The notes under the pieces are model-generated. The model saw only the letters and a program-made list of their open reading frames with translations. It ran no database searches and was not told the origin of the DNA. The position numbers and the translations under genes are program-made. From the human T2T-CHM13v2.0 reference genome, Homo sapiens: a stretch of 64,000 nucleotides of DNA. The stretch lies in assembly GCF_009914755.1 (NCBI RefSeq), contig NC_060931.1. One strand, given 5' to 3'. Position 1 is the stretch's first letter. The number at the start of each line of letters is the position of its first letter. Of the stretch, positions 44,230 to 59,829 are shown piece after piece.

Positions 44230-44519
44230 CCATCATTGCCAAATTTTAAAATTAAGATAATACTCTTAATTTCTGCCATTTTAGCATAAAGCTTCCATTT
44301 TTCAAGTTTCTTTTCTTTGTCTATTTGCACACATATTTTACAAGTAATACACAGTACTGTATTGTAATTTTCTTTTTCTTACTAAATATTCCATGAGGAA
44401 AGAGCTGCTATCTCATTTGCTAGCTATGTCTACAATATTTAGCAATTTGCCTGTTCAGTTCAATACATTGAACTGAATTGACTGAATGTAAATCAGTTGG
44501 TTGAGTTGAAAACAAACAA

Positions 44520-44521
<2 letters not shown>

Positions 44522-44550
<29 letters not shown>
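44522..44550. repeat. (AC)n microsatellite
   Basis: Perfect run. Confidence 0.97.
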
Positions 44551-44552
<2 letters not shown>

Positions 44553-47299
44553 GCTTTAGTTAACAATATTCCAATTTAGATTGTTCCAAATATTGCCCCA
44601 AAATACTAAGAAGAGAGAGTAATGACTTGCACCCTGTAGGCACTCAATAAATGTTAAATGAGTGAGTGAATGAATGAATTCTCATGTAAGTTAGCAGGAT
44701 GCTTTAGGTGCCAAAAGAGACATTAAACACTGCATCTTTTTGAAGTTGTTAATAATTATTATTTGGCAAATTCCTTAATAAGATAAATGTCTACCTTTAT
44801 AAGGTGATGAGTATATTAAATTTTTTTCTCTTGATAGATTCAAGCAACTCAAACACATATGATTATCAGGTAAGCTTGTCCTGTAGAATCAGCTATAAGT
44901 AGATCATTTTCCAACTGATTCATTCTCATTTCCAAAGGAAGTATTATCTCTAGGGCAAGCAATAAAACCAGCAGACAGTGCAGCAGCAGTAGGAGACACT
45001 CTCTGGATATAATATGTGGTGCCTGATCTAGTGGTATGGCCAAATAAAGACAGATGGAAATTGATTAATTTTAATACTACACTGTGCAGGGCACTGTGGT
45101 CATTGCAGACTTTCCATGAATATTGTTTTTTCCAAAATTCTCATTTATCCACATTAATTAAGTTTTAAGAGCTAAACAGCAGTCTTTTGTTTTTAAAATG
45201 GCCTTACACCTTAAGTACTAAAAATTTAACATGCAAGGATTAAAAAGAAACATAAAATCACAATTTTAGGTACTGAAAAATGTACTAGTTCCTTTCCATG
45301 TATCACGTTATTTAATTCTTACTATAAATCTTCAAAGTGGTTATTATTTTAAGGGAATTAAAGCTAAAAGACATTGACTCTGCATGTCATGTTATTTGAA
45401 CCAAGATTCTTACCTTCCAAAGCCCATTGTCTTTCAAACACATGGGGTGGATCCACTTTTTATGGTATATTATGATCAACCTGTGGATTGCATGAGCACT
45501 CATCATTTTCTCACTTTCAGTATGAACAACTTCTCAAACTGTCCCAGACCATGAAAACAGGGAAGTTCTTGTTGTGAAGAGCTTTCTCAACTAAAGAGGA
45601 TGAGCTTCTACAACCCAGGAAAAAGCATAAGTAGTTAGCCCTGAAAGAACTCAAGAATCCACATACATTCTCAACATCTAAGATCTGTTCCAATATCAGG
45701 CCACATCGAGACTGACTGCTTAACAACAAATTCTGTCTCCCCTTCTCTCATTTCCATCATCTCTAGCTCCTCATTGCCACTACAGGCTGCAGTTGATACT
45801 CATTTTATACACTGTTGAGGAAAGCATAAGAAAAAGCCATTACAGATTGATTTGCCTGGATTTTGACATCTGACATTTTGAAGTTATAAATTCTTTTGAG
45901 AACATGAAGAGAGTTACTAATCCTCTCCCCCTAAAAATGCACATTCACAGATATACCAAAAACCTCAAATAAAATTTAAATGAGAAGGCTAAAACAATCC
46001 CTTTTTGCTTCATATTGATTTTGTATAGACCGTGTTTTGATGTCTTTGAATCATTATTGATCTTACACATCAAGAAATAAAGATAAGATTAATTTGGAGG
46101 GACATCATACACACACTTGGAGAATGGTCCAGAGAGTTGAGGACCTCAGAACTAAATATGTAAATTTATCTTATGGAGATAGATGCATTAGGAAATTCTG
46201 GGTTTCTTTGGAGGAAGTCAAGTTCTTTTACAGCAAAAAGATGAATACATATAATTTGTCTTACATATCAGTACTTAATATTCATGTGAAAAGTTATGTC
46301 AAAATACTGTTTCAACTGAAGTTTCCACTTTTCAACCAGCTTCTGTGGTTCTATGGTACTGTGTAGAAAATCTAAATTGCTGGGTTCTAGGTAAATACAG
46401 TAAACAAAAACTTGTTTATATATTAAACGGCACAAAGATGATACTGAAGTTCAATATTTTTTAAAATGCCATTATGCCTTAGTATCTAGAAGTATAAAAA
46501 CATTCACAAATAATATAATCATGGAGGTGATTGCTTCAATTTTATAGTAAATTGTAACCAAAAATCCACTTCAAATAAAAAAGCAGCCCTTATCTAGAAC
46601 TAACTTCAGGGACATGAAGATATAATCATTAATAGAAATAAACCCATTATACCTACATTTCAATATAAAGTTTAGTTCAAGATCATTTACTCTTAGATGA
46701 ACAGACAGTTCTGTAGTCAAGGTAAATTTTTCTGTTAAGGTGGTATACTTCTTGAAAATATTACAAGATAACTAATATACTTGAGAGATGCATTTGGGGA
46801 TTTAAGCTAAATACAACTGAAATGAATTATTTGGGCATGCAGATCCTTACTTATGAGTAGTTTCTAACTGCTTTTTGCAGTGCAGCCCTTTTCAAAAAGA
46901 GTCACTAGAGATAAAGAAAAAATGTTACAAGAAGGATTACACTCAATATGAATTACACATGAAAGAAAGACTACCTCCAATGAACTTCATAATAAAAGAA
47001 ACCAAAAGACATGGCAGAGCAATGGATCACTTGGAAAGAAATGTCACCGTATACACATTTGCTGCTTGTGGAATGGATTTCCATAGACCTTGGAGAGCCT
47101 TGTGCTGTGTATCACATCTCCTTCATGTCAATTCATTTTGACTGCCTCCTAAAGGAAAATGTAGTTTCTTTCATTTCACTGGAAAAAAACAATGATGGAA
47201 TTAAAATATTCAACCTCATCTTTTAAAAGTAGGTTATTATTGTATGGAGTCAAAGTGGTTTATTGTGTTAACTCACGTGTTACTGTTTCCAACAGTCCT

Positions 47300-47455
47300 G
47301 TATTTGAGACACTGCTCTGTCTGTAGAGTCTACTACAATCCAAGCTCCACAAAATCAGGACCTTGTCTGTCTTATTCATTGATGTATCTCTAGCACACAG
47401 AACCATGCCTGGCCCAGAAAATAATTGCTGGATACTGGAAGAATTTATTTGACAT
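47300..47455 (+). mobile_element. L2 3' end
   Basis: AAGCTCCAC..CAGGACCTTGTCTGTCTTATTCA..TATCTCTAGCA..TGCCTGGC. Confidence 0.65.
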
Positions 47456-47962
47456 CTATAAACATAAGTTTCCTTATGTGTATAATAAGCCAGCTTCAAA
47501 AAGAGAGCATATGGGTGAAATGTGATTAAAATGTGAAAAGCATCTGACCAATGTAAGCACTCTATAAATACTTGCTAAATTTGTTACCTGAAAACCAAGT
47601 CAAAATTCTTATATATGCAGTTAAGCACACACTCTGTCTCATAACTTTAAGGTTTCACAAAGTGTGCTTCATTATTTCCTGAATTAATTGCTTATTACTA
47701 TTTTAAGAATATTCCATGTTGCCTATTCTAGCCATCAGACATCTTCCCTGGTCTCCCTACCTCAGACGTTTTACCTCTTTAAAGCCAAATTTCTCATTGT
47801 ATTAAGAATACTGCTAGTGAATAGTAAGCAGCCACATCACTCTACAAAACAAGAAACATCTAGTGCATAGATGTAAGGGTATTCATTTTTTACTATTTTT
47901 TTAACTGAAGATTTTTCCTCCCCAATTTTTACCGATGTCAGGGATTTCAGATTAAAATATAA

Positions 47963-48334
<372 letters not shown>

Positions 48335-50202
48335 CACAATCTGTTTTCTTAAAAAAAAAGAAATGCTGATTTTATTTGTAAGTTTTGCCTTTATATATTT
48401 AATGTAATTTATTTCGCATCCAGGAATGTATTAACAATTATTTTTCTACGTCTCAAAGATAGCTTCTACCGCTAATAATGTATCCTCCCCCACTTCCTTC
48501 CCAAGGCCATCGAATCACAGAAAATTCAAAATGCAAGGAATGAGATCATCCATTTGTAGAAATGACTCATGGTCAATCAATGTGACCAGAGTACAAGCCT
48601 TCAGGAGAGTAGGTCTGCATTACATTTGCAACTAAGAATAACTGTGTCCAAATAGAGTTTCATATTAATCTCTACAAAAAAGAAAGAGAAAAACAAATGA
48701 AGACTGTCAAGATGGCCCCTCTGAAAGAGGATTCAACATCTGACATTGAAGTATGTCTCCAACACTTTGGGGTCCAGTGATCCCAAAACACAGAGCATCT
48801 CAACCCCTCCACTCAGGCCCAAAGATCATACAACCCATTCTCCTGGTCTTATCCCAGGCTCACTGAGCAAACTTCTAATCATAATTTGCCCTTGTGAGAT
48901 TTCCCACAGATAAAATGTATTGATCAGCAAACACGATTTTTGGATCCTTTCAACACCTTCCGTTCTCAATGTAAATTAATACATTGGCGTTCTGGTTTTT
49001 ATTTACCAATCTCTATTAGTTTGTTCTGTGTAAATCTGTCCCCTGAGGTAGATTTGTTCTTGGTCAGCTGACAAATGATGTTTCTAAGCTTGTCAGGCCA
49101 GGGCCAGGGCCAGGCCCAGGAGTGGGTGAATTCTCTAAGGTAACCTGACCTGAGTGTATGCGTTTCCATTCAGGAAAGCAATGGCCCTAGTCATTTTATG
49201 TCCAATCTGTTATTTCTTCTGTCTTCTGTCTTCATAGCTTTGACTAAGAATATATCTCTACACATGCTTTTGAGTGTACAGCTTCCCAGGCAGGATGATA
49301 AAGGACAATGTTATATGGCAGGATTGATGCTTTCAGGGTGGACAGCTGGGACACAGTGGGCTGAAATGATCTGGCCTGTTGCCACTGGCCACATGCTGCC
49401 TCCTCTATTTGCCCTAGAATACCATGTTAATATTATTATTTTGTATGATATAAAAAATATTGGGAAGTGCTTAAAGTATTTCACTGCTAAGTCACTTACT
49501 AGATCCAGTGTTTTCAGATCCAGTAATAAACATACAATGACCTTCAAGTCCTTCCACAAGATTTCTCTTTGCCATCCACTCAATGTTATCTCTTGCCAAA
49601 ATTTAGCCATTCCTCCCAATCTTGTCAAGTAAGCCATACTATAAAATAATACATTTCTTTTCTTCCTAATACTCATCCTGAGTTCAAAACGACTTTCAAC
49701 TATAATAGCCACACTACATCTGAGACAACTTACTTTGAGAGGCTTTCCTTAATGAATCTAAACCAGAGGCAAATTTACAGCAGAAGTTACCAGTTTGATT
49801 GCAGTTTGTTCCCAACACACATTCTCCTATTTTTACATAATGATAGAAAGGTACAGGAACATCTCATCTATGCAAAGATCACATTTCCAAGTCTTCTGTG
49901 CAGTTAGGTATGGACATTTGGATTTTGCATTCAGGTAATATTTTAGTTACTGAAAACTAAGCACACCCTAAGGGATATCAGTCTCCCCTTCAACACAGCA
50001 GGAATTCAAATGTTTTCAAAATTCAAGTTTTTCTTTCAAAGTACAAACCACACTCTTCCTGAGAAAACTGGGAAAATATACTTTTCTCCATCTCATTACA
50101 ATCTATAAGGTTGTTTCTTATAACTTGGCTATATGAGCACTTTACCCACAATATCTCACCTCAAAAGTACAAAAATGTCTTAAAGTAAATGGTATCAAAG
50201 AG

Positions 50203-50696
50203 TGAAAGGTCTGAGAATTTGCCCTACTTCTAAGGTGACAAGTTAGCCTGCCACAGTTTTATAGATGTTGGCAGAAGACATGAGACTCCTGGGTCAGAGG
50301 CAAGGAATTTTGTTATTTATAACACAGCAGGCAGCATGAGTTTCATGTTCATATCAGCTCTCCTGTCTCCATGTCTCTTGAGGCAATGTGTAGGGGCCCA
50401 GATACATGCTACATATACAGTGAGTCTATGTCACATCTGAGGGATACTGAACTTAGTAAACCCCCAATCTTTTATAACGAGCTAAAAGCAAACTTGCCCT
50501 TTGCCCCAGAAGGAGGCATTATTTTTATTTTACTGGATGGAAAACAAACTTACTCTTGGCTATAGAGGGAGACACTATCTTCTTAAGCTGTTTCTTATAC
50601 AAACCCTTGAAAATAATTTGAAAGACATCTATAAGTGCTGCTGCTGATAAAAAATACAGAAATGCAAGAAGTCCATGGATAATTATGTCCTAAAAA
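50203..50696 (-). mobile_element. ERVL-type solo LTR (subfamily unresolved)
   Basis: GTTAGCCTGCCACAGTTT..GAGACTCCTGGGTCAGAG..CAGCAGGCAGCATGAG pattern. Confidence 0.55.
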
Positions 50697-51189
50697 TAGA
50701 AACATCAGATTGAAGTACCTACTATTCTCTTTCCCCTCCCCACCAATCCCCTGCTAATGACCAAAGAAAAGAACAAGAGCAGTATTAATTACGCTTAAAG
50801 AAAAAACAAACTGTGCAACCAAAGTAGGCATGAACATCAAGTAATTATCCAATGAATTTGAATTAAAGTGTCAATTAATCTTTGCTCTGAGAAATCAACC
50901 CCAATCCTTACGCAGGCCTGTCCCTCATGCCTCAATCTCTGGCAAACTAGGGGACAAGGATTTGAAAGTGGTGCTCGGAACAAAAGGATCTTTCAGACAG
51001 TTGAATAGAGCAGGCTGGTGAAAGACACGGTTGGGTAACCAACATGAGCACCCAGAGAAACAAACCATCTGAAAAGAGGACTCTTGCTAATTTCTTTCTT
51101 TCCATGGTGATTTTTTCTTTATTTTCTCTTCTCTGTTATTCCCCATTCACATTACCCAAGCTCGTGTAACTGATAAGTTGATAGCATTG

Positions 51190-51420
51190 TACAACCAGCA
51201 CAGTTTTAAAGTGCTTTGTGTATATTAACTCATTTAATACAACAATCCAATGAGATAGGTTCTAGCACCATCCCTGTTTTATAAAAGAGAAAACTAAAGC
51301 ATAGAAAAAAAAATTAAAATCTTCCCCAAAGTCATACAGCGAGTAAATTACATAGCCAGGATTTGAACGTAAGAATTTTAACTCCAAGGTCCATGTTTCT
51401 CATCACTATACAACAACACC
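51190..51420 (-). mobile_element. MIR
   Basis: ATTAACTCATTTAAT..TGAGATAGGT..AAACTAAAGCATAG..CCAGGATTTGAAC. Confidence 0.7.
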
Positions 51421-51559
51421 TCTAATGTTAGCACCAAGTCATGTGACTTCCATAACCTTATCCACACCAGAAGAATAATATACAAAGACATAGCCACCTA
51501 CATAGAGATTTGGTACATTTTTGGTCAGTGTTTATTCCCTAAAATTGAAACTATTATGC

Positions 51560-52640
51560 CCATTTTTTAATGTATTCTTGCTCTTCTCATTTGAAAACAT
51601 TTCCAAGTTAACTGCCAAAGATCCAATCTATACTTTTTAATGAAAAACAATATTCTATTGTAAGGATGTAACAATCTATTTGTGCATTATTCTATTCACG
51701 GGCATTCACTTTGTCTCCAGTTTGTTCCCACCACAAATATTCCAGCAATAAACTTCTTTTACATAAATCTTATGCACTCAATGCTTTTATTTCTATGGGC
51801 TCAATTCCCAGGAATAAGTTTGCTGATTAAAGGGTATGTTTATCTCTATATTTAGTAGACCGTTCCAGACTGCATTCTGAGTCACATTTCAACAGCAATA
51901 TGTAAGAACCCCCTGTCTCCTCAACCCCATCAGAGTAGATGTAATTGCTCTTTTTAAATGGCACAATCTGATGGGTATAAAGTGATATCTCACTGCTACT
52001 TTAAGTTGCATTTTCTAAGTAGTGAACTTCAGATTCTTGAAAAATGTGATTAGCCGTTTGGATTTGTTCTATCAATTACAGAGTTAAATCTTTTTGTACA
52101 TTTTAAATAGAGTTGTTTTTGTTTATTATTCAGGGCTCTGCTTATTATTTAAGGGTTCTGTTTATTTTAAAGATTAGTCCCTTTTTCTGTCATTTGCATT
52201 TAATTTTTTCCAAAAATCTATATTTTCTATTTAATTTTGCGATGAAAATTTATTTATACAATAGATATTAATTCATAAATACCTGAATGTATGTCTCTTT
52301 TCTTTTATAGATTCTGAGTCCTATATTTGATAGGAGCTCTCCATCCCTAACCTTTACATGAAGTAACCTATATTTCCTTCTAAGATTTTCAGTGTTTAAA
52401 TTTACATTTTATTCTATCTGAAGTCTGCATATATGATGTAAGGCATGCTTCTAAACTTATTTCCTTCCAAATGAATAGACAATTGTGCCAAGATTCTTTG
52501 TTAAATAAACCATTATTTTCCTATTGAATTGAATCTCTATCATATATTAAGTTCTCATATTTACTGGGCTATATTTCTGGACACTAGTATGCTTCATTAA
52601 TCCATTTTTATTTTTCTATGCCAAATACCACTGGAATTAC
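51560..52640 (-). mobile_element. Ancient L1M fragment
   Basis: Antisense L1 3' ORF2/3'UTR-like tracts (TGATATCTCACTG..TTGCATTTT). Confidence 0.6.
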
Positions 52641-55600
52641 TAATTATTTGAAGACTACACGAGAAGGGAAAGGAAATAAGCAGCAATCTGGACCAACCAG
52701 TAAAACTAATAATAAACAGGAAAAAAAGAGAAAACAGTAGCATAAATAATAAAATCAGATAGAAGTACACCTGAAAATCAGACAGAGGTATAGCTATTGC
52801 AGGACTAAATGCTACCATTTTCTGTCTTTCAAGCTTTGCTGCCGTTGTCCCCAACATTGCTACCACAAGCTATCAAATCACCTGGAGAACGACACTAAAA
52901 TAATAAATTATCTTATATCATCACTAGAAGGGAATGTTTTCAAAAGAACATGGCTTCCTGCTTTACATAAATATCAAGGCTAATTTTTTGTATTTTTTAA
53001 AAACCAGTGCCACAGTAAAGCAAAAACTTGTTTTGCTTAAATGGAAGATACTAAATCAATGTCATTATTTCTATAATATGCCCCAAAGTTTTTATAGTTA
53101 GCATTAAGAATATTAATAGGCAACTATGAACTAAGTGGTAGCTGCTAAGATTTTGGGATGACATTATTTAATCTGAGGAATATTGGTAGGTGAAAATTAA
53201 ATAAATGACAGCTGCTCAGGGTACCATTTTGGCCTTGCTAACTTCTCAGCAGCTTTAACAAAGAGATGGGTAAATTTCAACCAATCAGAAAATGGTTTAA
53301 CCATTGAAACACGTTGTTTCTCTTGCTGTTTTTGTTCCCTGTAGAAGAGCTTACATTCTACAACTGGCCATCGTTTTGGATGTGTGAAATAGTGCAGTAA
53401 ATGAAGCTTTTTGCTTTCTCCTTATGGATTTGAGATGCTTTTGTCATTACCATTACGTTGCTATTATTTTAGCAGTGTTATCTTGGGTACTGTACATTGT
53501 TTAAGGTAAAGTTATATGAACAACAATGAAAATAATACCTATAGAATTCAGGTATATTTGGTTCACCTGTATTCACCCTCCTTAAACAAGAAAATAATAA
53601 GCATCTTGGCAATGTTGGCTTTATTCAAGTAAAACTTTTCCTTCAGTAAGCTCAGTTTCTAAAGTATATATACCCTTTGTTAAGTAAAACGGTTCATTAA
53701 CAATATGGAGAAAAGTAGAATAATGGGCATTCCGGTCATTTCTTGGCATCTAGTCCTGATTTCAGTTGGAGATTAAATTGCCTGATGTCCTCACTTTAAT
53801 AATTGCTATGGCTGATTTTTACGAGGCTATCATGAAGAAACCTTCAAGTTTTCAAAGGAATGTCATTTAAAAGACACGAAATTAGATGCTGATATGCCTA
53901 AGTAACTGCTAATAATTAATTAAAGTGAGTTTCAATTAGTGAGTTATTTAATATCCCACCCCCTTCCTAAAAATGTTAATAAGGTGGTAGTCAATAGGCA
54001 TTATTGGGGCATTGTGGTACTAATATATACACAAGTAATGATCAACATTACATGCTTCTTAGTCGATGTTTACTTAAAAAAAAAATCAAAAGCATCTACT
54101 TCATGCAGAGGAGGTGCTACACTTCTATCACCCTAATGGTGTGAAAATGTAATGATGTTTTCCTACAAAGGAAAACCTCTTTTCTTTGATGTTTGAGCTT
54201 GGCTTCCATTACCACAGCTTCCGATAGCTGAGAAGAAAACATACATTACCCACACTATCAAAGATGTCACTGTGCTGCTGAGAAGCATATACTTAATTGT
54301 GGGATTTTAAATGATGTGTCTGCTTTTGATTTTCACGGTGACAACTCTTTACTAAAAAAAATATAAGTAGTGCTACCTAAAAACAGAAGATGCAATGTCT
54401 TCTTACTTCATAGAGGTATATACAGAAAAAGAATGATAAATCACTGTACTCTGTCATCTTTGTGATTTTATTTCATTCTGGGACATTCAATTTAACATAA
54501 ACTTCTCAAAACTGCATAAGAATGAAACCCCCATTATACTGAGAAATACAAATTAAAATAGAATCTAAATGATTAGGCACTAAATGCATAAGATATTCTA
54601 GTAGATGTTACACTTTTTCAATCCAATTAGAAGGTGGTACTGCAAATTATTAATAAATGCTAGTCTATGAAAATCACTCTGTCTTAAACATACACACAGT
54701 CATTCAAACACAAATAGATGGTGGCTTAAAAAGAGGATAACTTAACTTGCAAAGTTGTTGCAAGGATTAAATTAGATAACACACTGCAAAGCACCTAGTT
54801 CATTATTAGGTAAATAATAGATTGCATTATTTATAAATTTCAGAGATAAGGACAAATATAAAGTGAAGAACTTGGAGTTTATAATATTTCATGGAAGACA
54901 GGAAAAAAAAGGAGAGGGGCAAAGAAATAGGGTGAGAAATATAATGAGTTAGAGAAAGAGCTCCATGTGGGAGAAGAGGACAAGAAGACTGGGTAGGGGC
55001 AGTGAATAATCTACTCCAATGGAAGCCCCATTTGAGCTCTTTCGACCAGAAACTTTTGCATCTGAGAGGTCCTATTGTTTGTACCAGTGATGCCTAGCAA
55101 ACTTTTCTGACACTGCCCAAAACAGAACTCCTTGTCAAAGAAGTTGTATAAGCTTTCACAGAAGCAACACAGAAAATGGGTTGATATATTCAGCACTTCA
55201 GTGCATATTCTGATACCAGGCATCCTAAATGAATTCTAGCTATAGATAAGAGTCAGTGGTTCTGCAGGTCGGCTGTCTATGCATCATCTACATGCTATGC
55301 CTCACATGTCATAATGCACATGTGTTATGTCGTAGGTTCAGTTCTGTTCAATAAATGTACTAATTTAACTTTGTGATGAGGAGGTCTGCCTTGTGTTTTA
55401 GTTATTTCCTGAAGTCTGGACAAGGGCGGGAAATATACCACACTTGTATCCCATGGAATGAAACTTTGAAGAATTCACAAAAATCAGCAAAAGAAGTATT
55501 GCTACACAAGAAAATGTAGACAAAGCAGCAGAGGAGGATGCTAATTCACTAACTTGATTAGAAATTGCTAATAAATGTTTAGAAATCTATGTTCAGCAAA

Positions 55601-55887
55601 TTAAGGTTAGGTACTTATCAGTTCAATTGGAAATTGAGGCAAAATTTGACTAAAAAGCCCTGTGTGTTCCTATTCACATCTAAACATTGAGAATAGTATT
55701 ATACAATTCAAGTGCTATTACAAATATTTCAGGACAAAGATTAGCTAGGTTCTTTGACTATATTTGCCAATTTTTTTCAGATAAAGCTCATACTATGAAA
55801 TTCTGTAATTGTTTGAGCTGATGTTAATGATAAACTTTATGTTATCAATAATATTAAATTTATTCTGCACCCCAAAAGTAAGGACTA

Positions 55888-56181
<294 letters not shown>

Positions 56182-57297
56182 AAAAGAACTTTCAGAAAAC
56201 AAAAAAATGGCTCTTGGAGACTAAAAATGCAATAGCAGAAATCTAAAATTCTACATAAAGAATCTCTCAGAAGAAAAAAAACACAAAAATACAGAAGTGG
56301 AAACTATAACAGAAAACATAATTAAAGAAAAAATCCATATTAGATTATGATAGTAGGAGTTTCAGAGATATCACCAAATATGGACTAAATCATTCAAGAA
56401 ACTTTTCATAACTGATAGACATGAGTTTCCAAATTGAAAAGGGCTAAGGGCTCAGAGTAATGGATAAAACGGATGGTGATGTACAATACGCTTAAATAAC
56501 ATTGGATACATATTTAAGCATTGCAAAAAACTCCAAGTGAGAAATCTTCAATAAGATGAAATCAATAGAATTTCTCATGATTTTCAACATATGAGAGATT
56601 ATTTATACATCTGGAGAAGATTTTATGGTTGAATTGGTGATAAATACAAAAAAAAATAAGCATATGAAAGTCAAAATAATTATTAACTCCAGGAAAACCA
56701 AAGATCATATCCAAAAGAAAAATCAGAGTTTGCTATATGGGTCAGCTATAAATATCAATGACTCTGTCATTTAATGTAAACCCTAATAATTGATCTGAAC
56801 ACAACCAACATATACACAACAACTACACTGGAAAAGTACATGTATGTGCTAAGGTCAGTGGTGATCCTGTGAAAGAGAGGAACCTTCATTTTCCAAAGTT
56901 ATCCATTATTTAACAAAATGACAGGAAACATTAAAAAATATTTTAAAAGTTGGAACTAGTTGCTTACAGAGAGCAGAAAATGAGGGAGGGTGTCAGTGCA
57001 GGAAGAGACTGTTGTCATTCATAACAGCTTAATTTGAGTTTAAAATTATTTTCACATATAACTTTTATAAAAACAAAAATGCCCTTAAAAATCAACCTAC
57101 TTAGGCCCATTGCAGCCCCCATCAACTCAAACTCAAGACTTTTCATCAAGTAAGTTTGGATTCCTGCCTCCCTAATAGCCCTTATAAACTAAAAAGAGCT
57201 AGATGCTTTATTTAGCAAATGACAGTCCTTGATTATTCTGCCCTTTGTCTTGAGATTAAACCAAAACAAAACTTTAAAAGATAGTCTTTTAGCATTA

Positions 57298-57346
57298 TAT
57301 GTGTATATATGTATGTGTGTGTGGGGGGGGGGGGGGGTGTGTGTGT
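57298..57346. repeat. (TG)n interrupted by a G15 run
   Basis: G run at 57323-57337. Confidence 0.9.
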
Positions 57347-58070
57347 AATGGCCATTTCAAATATCCTACATGGATCAAAACAATTTACTATACTAACCAA
57401 CAATGCTGGTACTTGGAAGGCTATAAAAAGTCACAATTGAAATATTCTTCCTGTCACCATTTATTAAATTGTATTTAGTGTTGATAGATCGCCATTGTTA
57501 CCATTTAAAATATTAAGCAACTTTCAAACTATCTTTAAAGAACTATATATACACATAGTCTGAGCCAAACACAAAGTTAAATAAACATTAGCAACAAAGC
57601 TAAGCTGCATATAAACAAAAATTGAAATGTGATATAAAATATTAATTTAATGTTCCAAAGAACACAGGTTTGAGAGGATACATGACAGAAACTTCTATAG
57701 GCATTGCTTGTCTTGAAGGAGGAGAATTCAGAAATGAAAACTTTCTCATGGGTGTCAGCAACACTTTTTCTTTTCCTCTGTATTCTCATGATCATTTATA
57801 AAACATGTAGTTTAAAAAAAACATGTAGCTTAGTTTTACCTTATGAAATATGATTATTAAGGCCAAATCTTTAAGCTCTATGTATTTTTCCCATATATGT
57901 GTAGTTCAACCAAACCTTGGTTATCAGTTGGGGCCATGAAGACCCAAAGTAACTGTATGCCAGAAAGGTCCCCATTAACCACTTAAATACTGCAGTCCCT
58001 TAGGATCTTGAAGTCCAAAGTTGCAGCAAGGGTCAGATCTGGGAATTGAGCAAGGCTAAATGTTTACTTA

Positions 58071-59333
<1,263 letters not shown>

Positions 59334-59829
59334 AATTGAGATAACTCAACAATCTGGTTTTTACACTTTATAAATTATTTTCTATTTACTTTATCTGGGT
59401 AGTTGCCTATTACCTTCACTGCCACTGAAACCTGACCTTTCATTCCTAGGGGAAAAAAAGGTATTTTATGATATATAATATGGTCATATAACTATACTAT
59501 AAGCATTCATTATTTATTATTATTCTGAGTCAGGAATTGTGGGAGACCCAAACATTTATAAAATACAGATCTCCCTACAGCTCACAATATGGAGGAGGTT
59601 AGGAGACAAATTTCTGGGAGTGAAGGCTGTAATTCAGAGCTGTACAAGAGAAAATCAAAGAAATCCTTAGATAATCTGTCCAGAAGTTTCAACCAATAAT
59701 GAAATTCAGGACTTATGAACTGAACTTTTCTGGGACCTATATCTTAGATCACTTATACCATTTAAATACTTTTTTCTTGTAACAATGACATTTTTTGACT
59801 AGATATGTCTTAAGGCTCCTGGCAAAAGA

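Noticed and set aside
49198-49712. Overlapping 144-aa and 133-aa ORFs
   Set aside because: No recognisable domain or exon structure; compatible with chance
53310-53400. Strong plus-strand acceptor TTTTTGTTCCCTGTAG
   Set aside because: The following AAGAGCTTACATTCTA resembles an L2 remnant and the donor is weak
59700-59780. GAGE/XAGE coding exon 2
   Set aside because: Only a faint ..ATATAGG.. resemblance; no acceptor plus MSWRGR-like frame
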